This document shows, one piece after another, positions 43,140 through 52,767 of a stretch of 64,000 bases of DNA (the stretch's first letter is position 1; the number at the start of each line of letters is the position of its first letter). The notes beneath the pieces are model-generated. The model ran no database searches. It was not told the DNA's origin and was given only the letters and a program-made list of their open reading frames with translations. Made by a program: the position numbers and the translations under genes. Source of the stretch: a virus (lineage: Duplodnaviria; Caudoviricetes); IMG/VR virus record IMGVR_UViG_3300038679_000051, positions 32,001 through 96,000 of that record; one strand, written 5' to 3'.

Positions 43140-43760
43140 TTACGTTTGTACGCCCATTTTGTTGCCATCGGATCCGCCGCGCCATTTACATTTGGTCCAA
43201 GCATAGTTGACCGTTCGTTCTTTGATCGAACCGACCAACGTTGAATCTAATGCTTTGATGACCAATCCTTCCGTCCATGGGAGCGATTTCGACAATTCGA
43301 ACGCTTCAACAAAACTTTTACGCGTTCGATGCGTCACCGTCAATATTGGGCCAGGCAACGTCGAAAAATTCTTCAGCGTGTCGTCATTCCAGACGTTTGG
43401 CACGCAATCAAGGAAATTCATTCTTTCTGCGTATGTCATCCCACCCAACCATTCACCGGCATGGAACATTGCATCCCACAGAATGATCGTTTCCGGTCCA
43501 ACCGTACGACGTTCGAGCCATTCTCCATCTAGAATCGTGCCGCGTGGAAAGCTTAATTTTTCTTTTAAGAGTGTCGCCATCTCCTTTGAGATTGGGTGCT
43601 TTTTCCACTTTCTGGACCATGGCACGATGCCATGATCAGTAAATTCCAAATGAACCCTGTAACCATCTGCCTTGAATTCTGCAGAATATTTTCCTTCTTC
43701 AAATTCATTCAGACAATTCGGGAGCCGCCTTACGCAGTCGTCACAGTATCTTCTAAACAT
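43140..43760 (-). CDS. ATP-dependent ligase nucleotidyltransferase domain (no OB domain visible)
   Basis: EFKADGYR (motif I), ILDGEW (III), LWDAMF (IIIa), TEGLVIK (IV), WTKCK (V); 206 aa. Confidence 0.85.
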   Translation of the reverse strand: MFRRYCDDCVRRLPNCLNEFEEGKYSAEFKADGYRVHLEFTDHGIVPWSRKWKKHPISKEMATLLKEKLSFPRGTILDGEWLERRTVGPETIILWDAMFHAGEWLGGMTYAERMNFLDCVPNVWNDDTLKNFSTLPGPILTVTHRTRKSFVEAFELSKSLPWTEGLVIKALDSTLVGSIKERTVNYAWTKCKWRGGSDGNKMGVQT

Positions 43761-43790
43761 TATTCCTCCTTCGTGATTCGGAAACGTCAC

Positions 43791-45807
43791 TCAATGATTT
43801 ACCAATGATTTACCATCGAGTTCCCAACCGACGTTGTTCTTAGACAAAATGGATTCTCTTCCATTAAGAAGCAATTGTACTTTATGGACCGCATGTTGAT
43901 CAGCCAATGATATGATCGGCCATATTGCCGAATGCTTGAACATAATGGGTCTGGTTGTCTCGGCGCATGCCGTTTTGTCGGGCATGATGCGCATTCTTAC
44001 CCAACCAGTCTTTAACATGTCGCTCATGTTTAGGCCGTGAGCGATTGCCCACTCATTGTGAATGACATCCTTGAAGGTGAATGCCTTGTCATCGGGGTTG
44101 ATCCAAATCCCAATTCCTGCCTCTTTGAACAATTTGTTCTTCGCCATTTCATCGATGCGCATGTCCAGCCATTCCTTGAAATCCATGTTTCATTCCTTTA
44201 TCGTTTGTCCATGTTTTAACAACCATATCTGAAATTGGCACACGTTAACGTTCCACCCCTTGTCGCCCGTTGCCTTGGCGTATGCCTTACGGCACGCAGA
44301 AACCCAGAGAATGTAACCGGTCATTTTACCTCCCGGCCATTTCAGGTCATCATCTTGTAAGCACGCTTCCGGATCATCTGGGAATCCACGAGCTTTGCAG
44401 TAAGTGAGATAAGCATGCGTGAATTCCTGTTTCACCATCACTGGTAAATCCTAGGCACGTTGTTAGCCATGTCAAGTTTGAAACATTTCATTCGTTCGGT
44501 CAGGGGAACGGAATCATGTTGCTTCTTTCGAAATTCAACGATGTGTTTGTTGCGCTCTTTCTTGGTAAGGAATGGTCCGATCAATTTGCCAGCAGATAAG
44601 ACGTAGAAAGAGCCAGCCTTAACGTTTGTCTTAACGTTTGCGTGTACTATTAGACGCCAACCCAACATGTTGAGCGCCTCCAATGCAGCATCCTGCACGT
44701 CAATTGCTTTGACTACGAATGAATCATTTGCATCATTGTCGTTTTGGATCGTGAATTTTCTCATCTTTTTCCTCCCCATTTTTGCTTTCGGTTTGTGACA
44801 CCGCTTTGAAGACGTGCTCATGGACTGCGGCATCGGATTCAAATTTACCGCAAGCGTCGCAACGCTCAATGCGGACGCCATGGACGTCGTTTTCAACGAG
44901 CAAGTAACCACGACTCTCACACGCTTTGCATCTTTTATGCGCCATTTTCGCTCTCCTCCTTCTGCCGGTCCGTATCGGCAACGAGGTCGCCGCTCCGTGC
45001 GGGGAAAGCGACGTTGACGATGGCCTTCAATTGCTCGACGGTCAGCGTCTTGACGTCAATCTTCTCGAATTTACGAGTCAGACATTGTTTGAGATACCGA
45101 CATTTAAGATCTTCAGTTTCGACGCGATAAATCACGCGATCGTAGCTTTGACCGCCAACTATCCTCACTTGATCATATGTGTAGATTTCACGATAGAATT
45201 TGATGGGCGGCTGCGGCTTCATCCTTTCAACGACGGCTTGCTTTTCCGTCGTACGCGAAATCACGAACTTCGTCAGCCCCTGATAAAAATTGTCGGCGTA
45301 AACGACCATGCCGGCTTCAAGCTTTGCCATTTTCATCTCCTAATCTCTTTCCGAGTAAATTCCGTCCGTGGTCGGTTGTGATGCTTTATTGCCTAACAAT
45401 TTGCGGACAAATTTCAACGTTTTTCGTTCTTTAGGCGAACATTTCAATTTCATTTCATCCGAGATCGAGGATTGTGCAACGTCGAGCAGATTCAGAAAAT
45501 CGTCGTAGATTTCAGCCGGGATTGTAATCGTTTTGGTCTTCATTCTTTCCTACTCCTAACAGCTAAAGAGAATGTGTCGGTGCGTCTTAGGATTGTCTTC
45601 GCAACGACAGGGATTCGGTTGACCACTGTGAAACTTTTTATCTTTGGAGACTTTCCATCCACTGTTCACCGGTTGTTCCGAGTTAAGCCTTCTCGTCGCT
45701 TCCCTATTCGTCAAACTCGTACAGACGGAAGCATAACAGATTCCTAAACTGTAGATGGTAAAATCCTCGGCCTTCGTTGTCTTGGTCATCATCGTTTTTG
45801 TCTTCAT
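43791..45807 (-). other. Run of small hypothetical genes (43791-44186, 44190-44441, 44438-44764, 44733-44945, 44935-45336, 45340-45543, 45556-45807)
   Basis: Abutting co-oriented ORFs with RBSs; 44733 has two CxxC motifs. Confidence 0.6.
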
Positions 45808-45893
45808 TTGATCATCTCCAAAAATTGTTCCTCGCTAATCACTTTCGTGCCATACTTCTCAGCTTTTTTGGTCTTGCTACTTTGGCTTGACGG
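45804..45893 (-). pseudogene. Orphan second copy of the ligA 3' end (BRCT C-terminus, 29 codons + TGA)
   Basis: Encodes PSSQSSKTKKAEKYGTKVISEEQFLEMIK*, versus ligA PSSQSSKTRKAAKYGTKVISEEQFLEMIK (46670-46756): 27/29 aa identical and 20/87 nt different by hand count. Confidence 0.9.
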
Positions 45894-46576
45894 TCAATCT
45901 TTTCCTAAGCGCCTCGGCGAGTATTTCCACGTTTTCCAGGCTGTAATCATCTTTTAATGCAACCCTAAACGGATCTGAGTCGTGCTTACAGTATCGTTCA
46001 AATTCCTCTAGTTCTTCCGCATGGCGGGACAACAACCGCTTGCGGTTCTCATTATTTATCGCATCCCACTGAATATACCTGTCAACCGCTTCTCTTATGT
46101 TCATCCCGCCTCCCCTAAGTTGGCGAATTCCTCTTTGCAGTAAACTACCGCTATCATTTTATTTCTCTTACTACAAAGGCAAAGACATCGTCGGCATCGT
46201 CATCACGATAAATGAAATCGTATTCTTCATCCTCATCTTTTTCCAACTTCGTTTTTAACCAATGAAGTTTACGACGGGCCAAGAATTGTTTTTTGCTACC
46301 TTTGTTCTGATCTTCCGGAATTCCGCTTTTGCGAGCGCGTCGCTTCCAGTCCTTGAGTTCCGCAGCACGAAGTGGATCTTTCAAGCTGACGACAACGCGC
46401 AAGTCTTCCTCTAGCTCTTGCCAATCGTCGCTTTCACGTTCGAGCATGCGTTCACATAAACTCTGTCGAGCGGCATCATATGCGTTTTTAGCACGATAAA
46501 AATTTAACTGTGTTGGATCTAATCCTAGATGGTCAATAACATGTTGCGTCGTTGCTACGGCAAATCGTTTCATCAT
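45877..46576 (-). other. Two hypothetical genes (45877-46104, 46154-46576) between the two ligA 3' ends
   Basis: Co-oriented ORFs with GGAG RBSs. Confidence 0.65.
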
Positions 46577-46642
46577 TCTATTCTCCTTTGCTGGATGTTT
46601 CTACTTTCAACGGTCCCCGTGACCATAACGATCATCCCGACA

Positions 46643-48565
46643 TCAAGTGTACTCTGCAGCGCTGGACAATTTGATCATCTCCAGAAATTGCTCCTCACTA
46701 ATCACTTTTGTGCCGTATTTTGCGGCCTTGCGGGTTTTAGATGATTGGCTTGACGGGTCCGCTTGCACCAAGTGGGTCACCGTTGGACCGACTTCATCCT
46801 TCACCGCCCCACCGTTTTCAAGGACCAATTGCTGCGCCGCTGCCCGTTTCATACCCGACGGCAACGCTCCCGTAAACACCATGACGAGATTCGCCAGTTT
46901 CCCGCCGCTCGTCGCCGCCGGCGTCTCCTCCGCCGCGTCGTCCGCGTCACCGACGACCACGCCGTTTGCCAGCAGTTTGTCGACGAGTCCGCTACACGCC
47001 GCCAGTCCGGCCACGACGACAGGACCAATGCCGCTGCCGAGCGCAAGCGATTCTTCCGTCGTCATCTCACGCCATTCCCTGAGCGTCTTCTTGCCGCATT
47101 TCTTGATGAACTCTTCCGCCGCCCGTTTACCTAGGAAGCGGATGCCCAATGAGCCAATGAATTCGGCCAAGGTCAAATTCTTTTTCTTCTCAATCTCAGC
47201 AAGAATTGCTTGTGCTCGTTTGATGCCGAGATTGCCGTTGCCGACGGTCAGATTCGGCAACCTTTCCATGTCGAGGACGTAGAGATCGGCTGGGTCTTTA
47301 ACCAGACCGGATTCATACAACGCCGCTTCCACTTCCGGACCGATGAACTTGATGTCGTTCGACTTAATCCAGCGACGGACTTTACGGACGGCCTTACCGT
47401 CGCACTCGTCATTTTGACAAACCAATGCTGCACCATCGCGAGCCACCGCACCGCCACAGACTGGACAGACCGTTGGGATTGTAATTGGCGTACCACCCTT
47501 ACAGGATACTAACTTAGGGATCACATCCCCTGCTCTGATGACTTCGACCTCACCGCCGATCCCTAAATTGAGACGCTTAATCTCATCTTCATTGTTGACT
47601 AAGACGGAAGTGACGGTTACGCCGCCAATGTTGATCGGGTCAATTTTACCAACGGGGACGATGCTGCCGGTGTGACCTACCGACCATTCGATGGAACGTA
47701 GAATTGATTTTCCGCCCATCGGTGGGAATTTGTAAGCCATTTGACCCTTGGGGTTCTGGTCATGAAACCCAAGTGCCTTTTGCGTTGCAATGTCGTCAAA
47801 CCGCAGCACCAATCCATCCACTTCGAACGGCAGTGTGGCCCGTTCGTTACGTCGTTTGTCATAGACGGTTTGTATCAGACCCAATGTGTCTGCGCCAGTA
47901 ACCAATGCGCCCTCATCGACGTCGAATCCCAATCGAGCGAGATATTGTTGGTTATCCCGTTCGGTGTCGCAGCATGATTCACCGTCGCACAGCACGTCGT
48001 ATGCCTTTAGACGCAACCATTCACAACCATCACCGCGTTTGTTGCGCAATGCACCGTTACCGGCATTGCGGGGATTGGCACAATCGGCGAAATGCGTTTT
48101 AAATTCGTCTTGGTGGAGAATTGCCTCACCACGTACGTAACCGGTGAATTCTTCATTCAACCGTTGGGGAATGAATTTGGATTTCTTGACGTTTTCGGTC
48201 AGGTCCTCGCCGGTATTTCCATCCCCACGACTGATGGCCTGTACCAGTTGTCCCTTCTCGTATTTAAGAGACAATGAGCAGCCGTCGAACTTCCATTGGA
48301 CGAGAATTTTCGTACCAGGGGTTTTGTCCAACCAGCGCTTGATTTCTTTCTCATCCTTGACTTTGTTGAGACTGCCCATTGGGATGCTATGCTTGATCTT
48401 GGTAAAGAGGTCGGAGACTGGTGCCCCAACCGTTTTAAAGAACGGGTCGTTGGGATGTTCAGCCTTCGCCTCGTCATACAGACGGTCGTAATCGGCGTCT
48501 GACATGACTGCTTTGTCATTGTAGTAAGCTTCGGCAGCCTTCTTGAGCGCATCAATCTTGGTCAT
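46643..48565 (-). CDS. ligA: NAD-dependent DNA ligase
   Basis: YYNDKAVMSDADYD, KFDG, SRGDGNTGEDLT, VRGE, DGLV, AYKFP, VGHTGSIVPV, RAGDVIP, Zn finger CPVC...C...C, HhH motifs and BRCT (VFTG). Confidence 0.97.
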   Translation of the reverse strand: MTKIDALKKAAEAYYNDKAVMSDADYDRLYDEAKAEHPNDPFFKTVGAPVSDLFTKIKHSIPMGSLNKVKDEKEIKRWLDKTPGTKILVQWKFDGCSLSLKYEKGQLVQAISRGDGNTGEDLTENVKKSKFIPQRLNEEFTGYVRGEAILHQDEFKTHFADCANPRNAGNGALRNKRGDGCEWLRLKAYDVLCDGESCCDTERDNQQYLARLGFDVDEGALVTGADTLGLIQTVYDKRRNERATLPFEVDGLVLRFDDIATQKALGFHDQNPKGQMAYKFPPMGGKSILRSIEWSVGHTGSIVPVGKIDPINIGGVTVTSVLVNNEDEIKRLNLGIGGEVEVIRAGDVIPKLVSCKGGTPITIPTVCPVCGGAVARDGAALVCQNDECDGKAVRKVRRWIKSNDIKFIGPEVEAALYESGLVKDPADLYVLDMERLPNLTVGNGNLGIKRAQAILAEIEKKKNLTLAEFIGSLGIRFLGKRAAEEFIKKCGKKTLREWREMTTEESLALGSGIGPVVVAGLAACSGLVDKLLANGVVVGDADDAAEETPAATSGGKLANLVMVFTGALPSGMKRAAAQQLVLENGGAVKDEVGPTVTHLVQADPSSQSSKTRKAAKYGTKVISEEQFLEMIKLSSAAEYT

Positions 48566-48800
48566 TCTTCAGTCTCCTTAGATTCTTTCGTCTCATGCTC
48601 TTCACGCAGTTCGTCCAACAATCCCGTGATTTCATCATATGAAAATCCGGTCTTTCTAGCGAGTCGATACGTCAACTGATGATACTGATTGCCTGGCAAT
48701 GATTCCAGGGAATCAACCGGATCGTCACCAAGAACGTCAATCTTTTTCAATTCAGCGAGCATGACGTTCTTCTTATCAATCTTAGTCATTCTGTCTCCTT
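48551..48800. repeat. Direct repeat of RBS + MTKID start flanking gene 48562-48789
   Basis: atcaatctt(g/a)gtcattct...gtctcctt at 48551-48579 and 48775-48800. Confidence 0.7.
48562..48789 (-). CDS. Hypothetical protein
   Basis: AAGGAG RBS; starts MTKIDKK. Confidence 0.6.
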   Translation of the reverse strand: MTKIDKKNVMLAELKKIDVLGDDPVDSLESLPGNQYHQLTYRLARKTGFSYDEITGLLDELREEHETKESKETEE

Positions 48801-49474
48801 TTGGGGTTTGAACCAACGAGTATCTTGATCTTGAATTTTTTATTAACGTATTCAAGTGCCTCATTGTTCTGTTTTACTGCCGCCATGCACAATTCTGGCG
48901 TCTGCTCCTTAACGTATTCAAGTGCCTCACCATTTTGTTTTACCGCCGTCATACATACCTCTGGCGTTTGTTTTTTGACATATTTAAGTGCCCAGCCATT
49001 TTCTTTTACTGCTGCCATGCATATTTCTGGCGTCTGCTTTTTAACAAATTCAAGTGCCAAGCCATATTGTCTCACTGTCGCCATACAGATTTCTGGTGTC
49101 TGTTCCTTGACATGCTGAAGTGCATGACCATTTTGTTGTACTGCAGTCAGACATGTATCTGGTGTTTGTTTTTTGACATGCTGAAGTGCATGACCATTTT
49201 GTCTTACTGCTGCCATGCACAATTCTGGCGTCTGCTCCTTGACATATTCAAGCGCATAACCATTTTGTTTTACTGTTGCCATACAGATTGCGGGAAATTG
49301 TTTATCTATATTCTTGCATGTGGAATATAAATCTATTCCATCATCCAATAATTTCTTGACAATCGTTGTATCCTTCATCTGTTTATAATCATCAATCTTT
49401 CTCACTGCTTTGATTACGTCATTCAATTGTTCTTTGGTTACGGTCGTTATCCAGGCGTTCTTTCTCTTCTTCAT
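48782..49474 (-). CDS. MHW-cap / DUF4116-repeat protein 8 (decayed start)
   Basis: Cap reads NAWITTVTKEQLNDV; ATG overlaps the upstream TGA; about 6.5 repeats. Confidence 0.8.
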   Translation of the reverse strand: MKKRKNAWITTVTKEQLNDVIKAVRKIDDYKQMKDTTIVKKLLDDGIDLYSTCKNIDKQFPAICMATVKQNGYALEYVKEQTPELCMAAVRQNGHALQHVKKQTPDTCLTAVQQNGHALQHVKEQTPEICMATVRQYGLALEFVKKQTPEICMAAVKENGWALKYVKKQTPEVCMTAVKQNGEALEYVKEQTPELCMAAVKQNNEALEYVNKKFKIKILVGSNPKRRQND

Positions 49475-50115
49475 TGTAGTGCATAACCATCTTCTCGTAC
49501 TGCTGCCATACATATTTCTGGCGTCTGTTCTTTGATATCTTGAAGCGCCCAGCCATCCTGTTGTACTGCCGCCAGATATGCCTTCTTTTTAGTCATGGTC
49601 ATTGTTTTCACGTCAAAAACAAGACCATCATCATCAAACTTCTTTTTAGTCATGGTCATTGTTTTCACGTCAAAAACAAGATCATCATCAACAGTTCCGT
49701 TACATTCTTCCTCTTCCTTTACTTCTATTAATTCAATTAAATGTCGGTATTTTTTCGGTGTCTTTTTAATTACATCATCTTTATCATCCTCATAAATAAA
49801 CATCGTCGAATTAGCTACATCCCTTGGCCAACCAGCAAGCGTCAATAATTTAATCTTTAATGGCCATGCATATTGCTCAAGATAATCAAAGTTATTTTCT
49901 TTGATATCCATGAGAAACCTCGTTGAGTCGATTTTCAATTCCTCTAATATTGCTTCCATAATTTCATCATTGATTCTCATCTTAATGCATACTCCCTCTT
50001 CTTCGTCTTCTGGATCGTACGCATACCCCTTGTCGTTCTTCACGACGATGTCTTTTTCATACCAGATGCCACCGTCATCTGTCTCGGTGTCAAAATCGAA
50101 AATGTAGGTCATCAT
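49471..50115 (-). CDS. Acidic hypothetical protein fused to ~1.5 DUF4116 repeats
   Basis: C-terminus AAVQQDGWALQDIKEQTPEICMAAVREDGYALQ, preceded by a 57-bp in-frame duplication (LVFDVKTMTMTKKK x2). Confidence 0.7.
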   Translation of the reverse strand: MMTYIFDFDTETDDGGIWYEKDIVVKNDKGYAYDPEDEEEGVCIKMRINDEIMEAILEELKIDSTRFLMDIKENNFDYLEQYAWPLKIKLLTLAGWPRDVANSTMFIYEDDKDDVIKKTPKKYRHLIELIEVKEEEECNGTVDDDLVFDVKTMTMTKKKFDDDGLVFDVKTMTMTKKKAYLAAVQQDGWALQDIKEQTPEICMAAVREDGYALQ

Positions 50116-51608
50116 TTCTCCTTTAGATCTTCTGGGTTGACGTCAATGACAATTTGATCGGCTTTATGCGATTTGCCAGGCATTTCTTTTTTCATGTTTG
50201 TGACGGATGTTACGTATGGCAGACATATGTCCAAAGATGGCGCTTCCAATCGCCATTGCAGTAAAATTTCTTTGCCGGATGGAAGGACCAAATTCACGTC
50301 TCTCGCTTTATTTCCTAATTTGATTTTTATCATCATCGGTCTCCTTTGGCATTACTTACTGATCTGTAAAGATCGACGTAATCACCGAATTCTTCGTCAA
50401 AGATTTCAATTAAGTTATTGTAGTTGCCGGCCATCATCCGTCGCCGTATGTCTTCCCAATTATTCAAATTCAATTCTTCACATAATTGTTTGGCTATGCC
50501 GAGTAAACAAAAGGCATTGCCTTGTGGACCGCTTAAATCGATTTCAGTCTTTCTCGACGGCGGTTTTCCGCTGTGAATCATCTCGTCCTCCCTCTTGCTG
50601 CTGCATCTAAAAAATCACGAATGTCATTTATTGACGACGATTCTAGCAAATTTACTAACATTTCTACGTCAAAGCTCGTCGTATTAGGCACGTATCTGAG
50701 ATAAACAGAGACGTTGAAATTCTGGTAGAATTTGATGCCAATGGATTTACGCTCATCGAGATAATGGACGAACCATAACATTGATGGATGTTGATAATGA
50801 TCAATGACGTTGAATTTGAGATGTGATAATTCATCTACCAATGACTGAAATGGTTCTATGTCCATCCGTCTCTCCTTTCTTAATATTGAAGAAGTTTGTT
50901 CTCTTTAGCATTCCACAACAATGCTTGTATGATTATTTCTTTTACGTCTGGGTTGTAAATCGTTCCTGGATTGAGTGAATGTAACATCAGATGTTGTGTC
51001 CGATGCTTCCCTTTAAGATTCGTTATTCCGGGTTCGTAGAAATTTCTAGCGCCAAAAACGACCCACCATCTATTGCTGACAAATGCCATGCTTGGACGTC
51101 CCCCGACTCCTGTGACATATATGTCACATTTAGTCGGGTCGAGATCAAGCATCAACTGTAGATTATAATTATACGCATCTAAAATGACATCATATTTGAC
51201 GGCTATGATTTCACATTCCTTGTTGCATCCAGCCGTCATTCTTGGCGTTTTCACTAATTCGATTGGCATCGTTGCAATTAAACGGACATGCTTTGGTTTA
51301 ATGTCATATTCAACTACTCTATTGATTTTGTTATGTTCAAAGTTTTTTGGACCGCTTACCACTTTTCTTTCTCCTTGACTTGGCGTTCGTCATCCAGTGC
51401 ACGTTTTATCTCCTAACACATAGACGTCGGCTTTATGTGCCGACGTTAAAATCAGCATACGTTCTTTGCCATCAGCGTCAATTATGATCTGTGAACGACA
51501 CAAATCGCCGTAGTCGTTCCACTCCTTACCGTGCCGGATTCGAAACGGTGCCGGACAACTTTCAAGTAAGGCTTTTGCTTTTTTGAAGCTTTTGATTTTC
51601 CTTCTCAT
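50112..51608 (-). other. Run of small hypothetical genes (50112-50336, 50333-50581, 50578-50865, 50880-51362, 51390-51608)
   Basis: Co-oriented, with ATGA coupling. 50333 carries IDLSGPQGNAF, a motif common in phage proteins. Confidence 0.6.
51383..51415 (-). pseudogene. Stub of an MHW-cap gene start (RBS + GTG CAC TGG ATG ACG AAC GC)
   Basis: 33 nt identical to 62141-62173 (start of protein 10); no repeats follow. Confidence 0.8.
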
Positions 51609-51853
51609 CGCATCCTCCTAAATCTCCATACATGTGTGGAAACAGACCAGCCCATTCCGTAAAACCGTAGGCTAATCCTGCTGGGTGTTTTTTGTCTACG
51701 TCACGAAAACTGATGAAATAATTCAATCCGCTCTTCATCAGCATCTTGATGGCACGCCTGCGGTTGCAGGTATTGCGATATAATCGTATCCCACCCTTTG
51801 TGACCTTACCCGTAGCTATGCTTAGCATTCGTCATCCTCCCTTGGATTGTAGT

Positions 51854-52387
51854 TTATGTGATTTTTGTGATCTCGATTTCGACCCTGAATTTAGTCTTAT
51901 CGATGAGATCAAACACTGTATCATTTCCTTGTGCTGCCGCCATGCACGTTTCTAGTGTCTGTTCTTTGACATATTTAAGTGCCGAACCGTCCTGTTGTAC
52001 TGCTGCCAGACAGATTTCTGGTGTCTGTTTCTTAACATGCTGAAGCGCATAACCGTTTTCTTGCGCTGCTGCCATACATATTTCTGGTGTCTGCTCCTTC
52101 ACATATTTTAGTGCCAAACCATTTTGTTGTACTGCAACTAAACACAATTCTGGTGTCTGTTTTTCGATGCATTCAAGTGCATAACTACGTTGTTTTACTA
52201 CTGCTATGCAGATTTCTGGAAATTGCTTGTCCAAATGTTTGAACACATTCAATAGATTTACTTCATCATTCATCAGTTTCTTGACAATCGTTACATCCTT
52301 CATTCGTTCATAATTATTGTTTATCTTCTTTACTGCTTGGATTACATCAGCCAACTGTTCCTTGCTTGCGTTCATCATCCAGTGCAT
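51854..52387 (-). CDS. MHW-cap / DUF4116-repeat protein 9
   Basis: MHWMMNASKEQL cap plus about 4.5 repeats. Confidence 0.85.
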   Translation of the reverse strand: MHWMMNASKEQLADVIQAVKKINNNYERMKDVTIVKKLMNDEVNLLNVFKHLDKQFPEICIAVVKQRSYALECIEKQTPELCLVAVQQNGLALKYVKEQTPEICMAAAQENGYALQHVKKQTPEICLAAVQQDGSALKYVKEQTLETCMAAAQGNDTVFDLIDKTKFRVEIEITKIT

Positions 52388-52767
52388 GATTTTCTCCTTA
52401 TCGCAATGGACAATGCGTCATTTGTTCAGACAACGACCATTCATGTTCGATGCCGCAGTTCGGACAGGCTTTTACGACGATCGGCCAGGCTTGACATGCT
52501 CTAATTGTAATCATCTCCTCGCATGTCGGACAATGGAATTCAGCCGCAAATTCACGATGACCGAACAATCCATAATCAGTATCACACGTACAATTTTCAC
52601 TGACGACGGCGACCGATAGACAAGTTGTCTTGTTTATTTTCCGAGCATCATTCCACATCGTCCGGAACGTTTTACAATCCTTACCTAATTTAGTCGCTTC
52701 CAATTTAACAACGGCTTCTTCGTACGTATTGCTGTTTTCGACGATCTCAAAAATCACTTCCTTCACT

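Noticed and set aside
45894-46756. IS element or integrase-coding mobile element between the repeats
   Set aside because: No transposase or integrase motifs and no terminal inverted repeats in any repeat-flanked block, so none is annotated as mobile_element.
48796-48825. tRNA-like GGTTCAAACCCC
   Set aside because: No cloverleaf or acceptor stem; it encodes LVGSNPK at the end of MHW protein 8.
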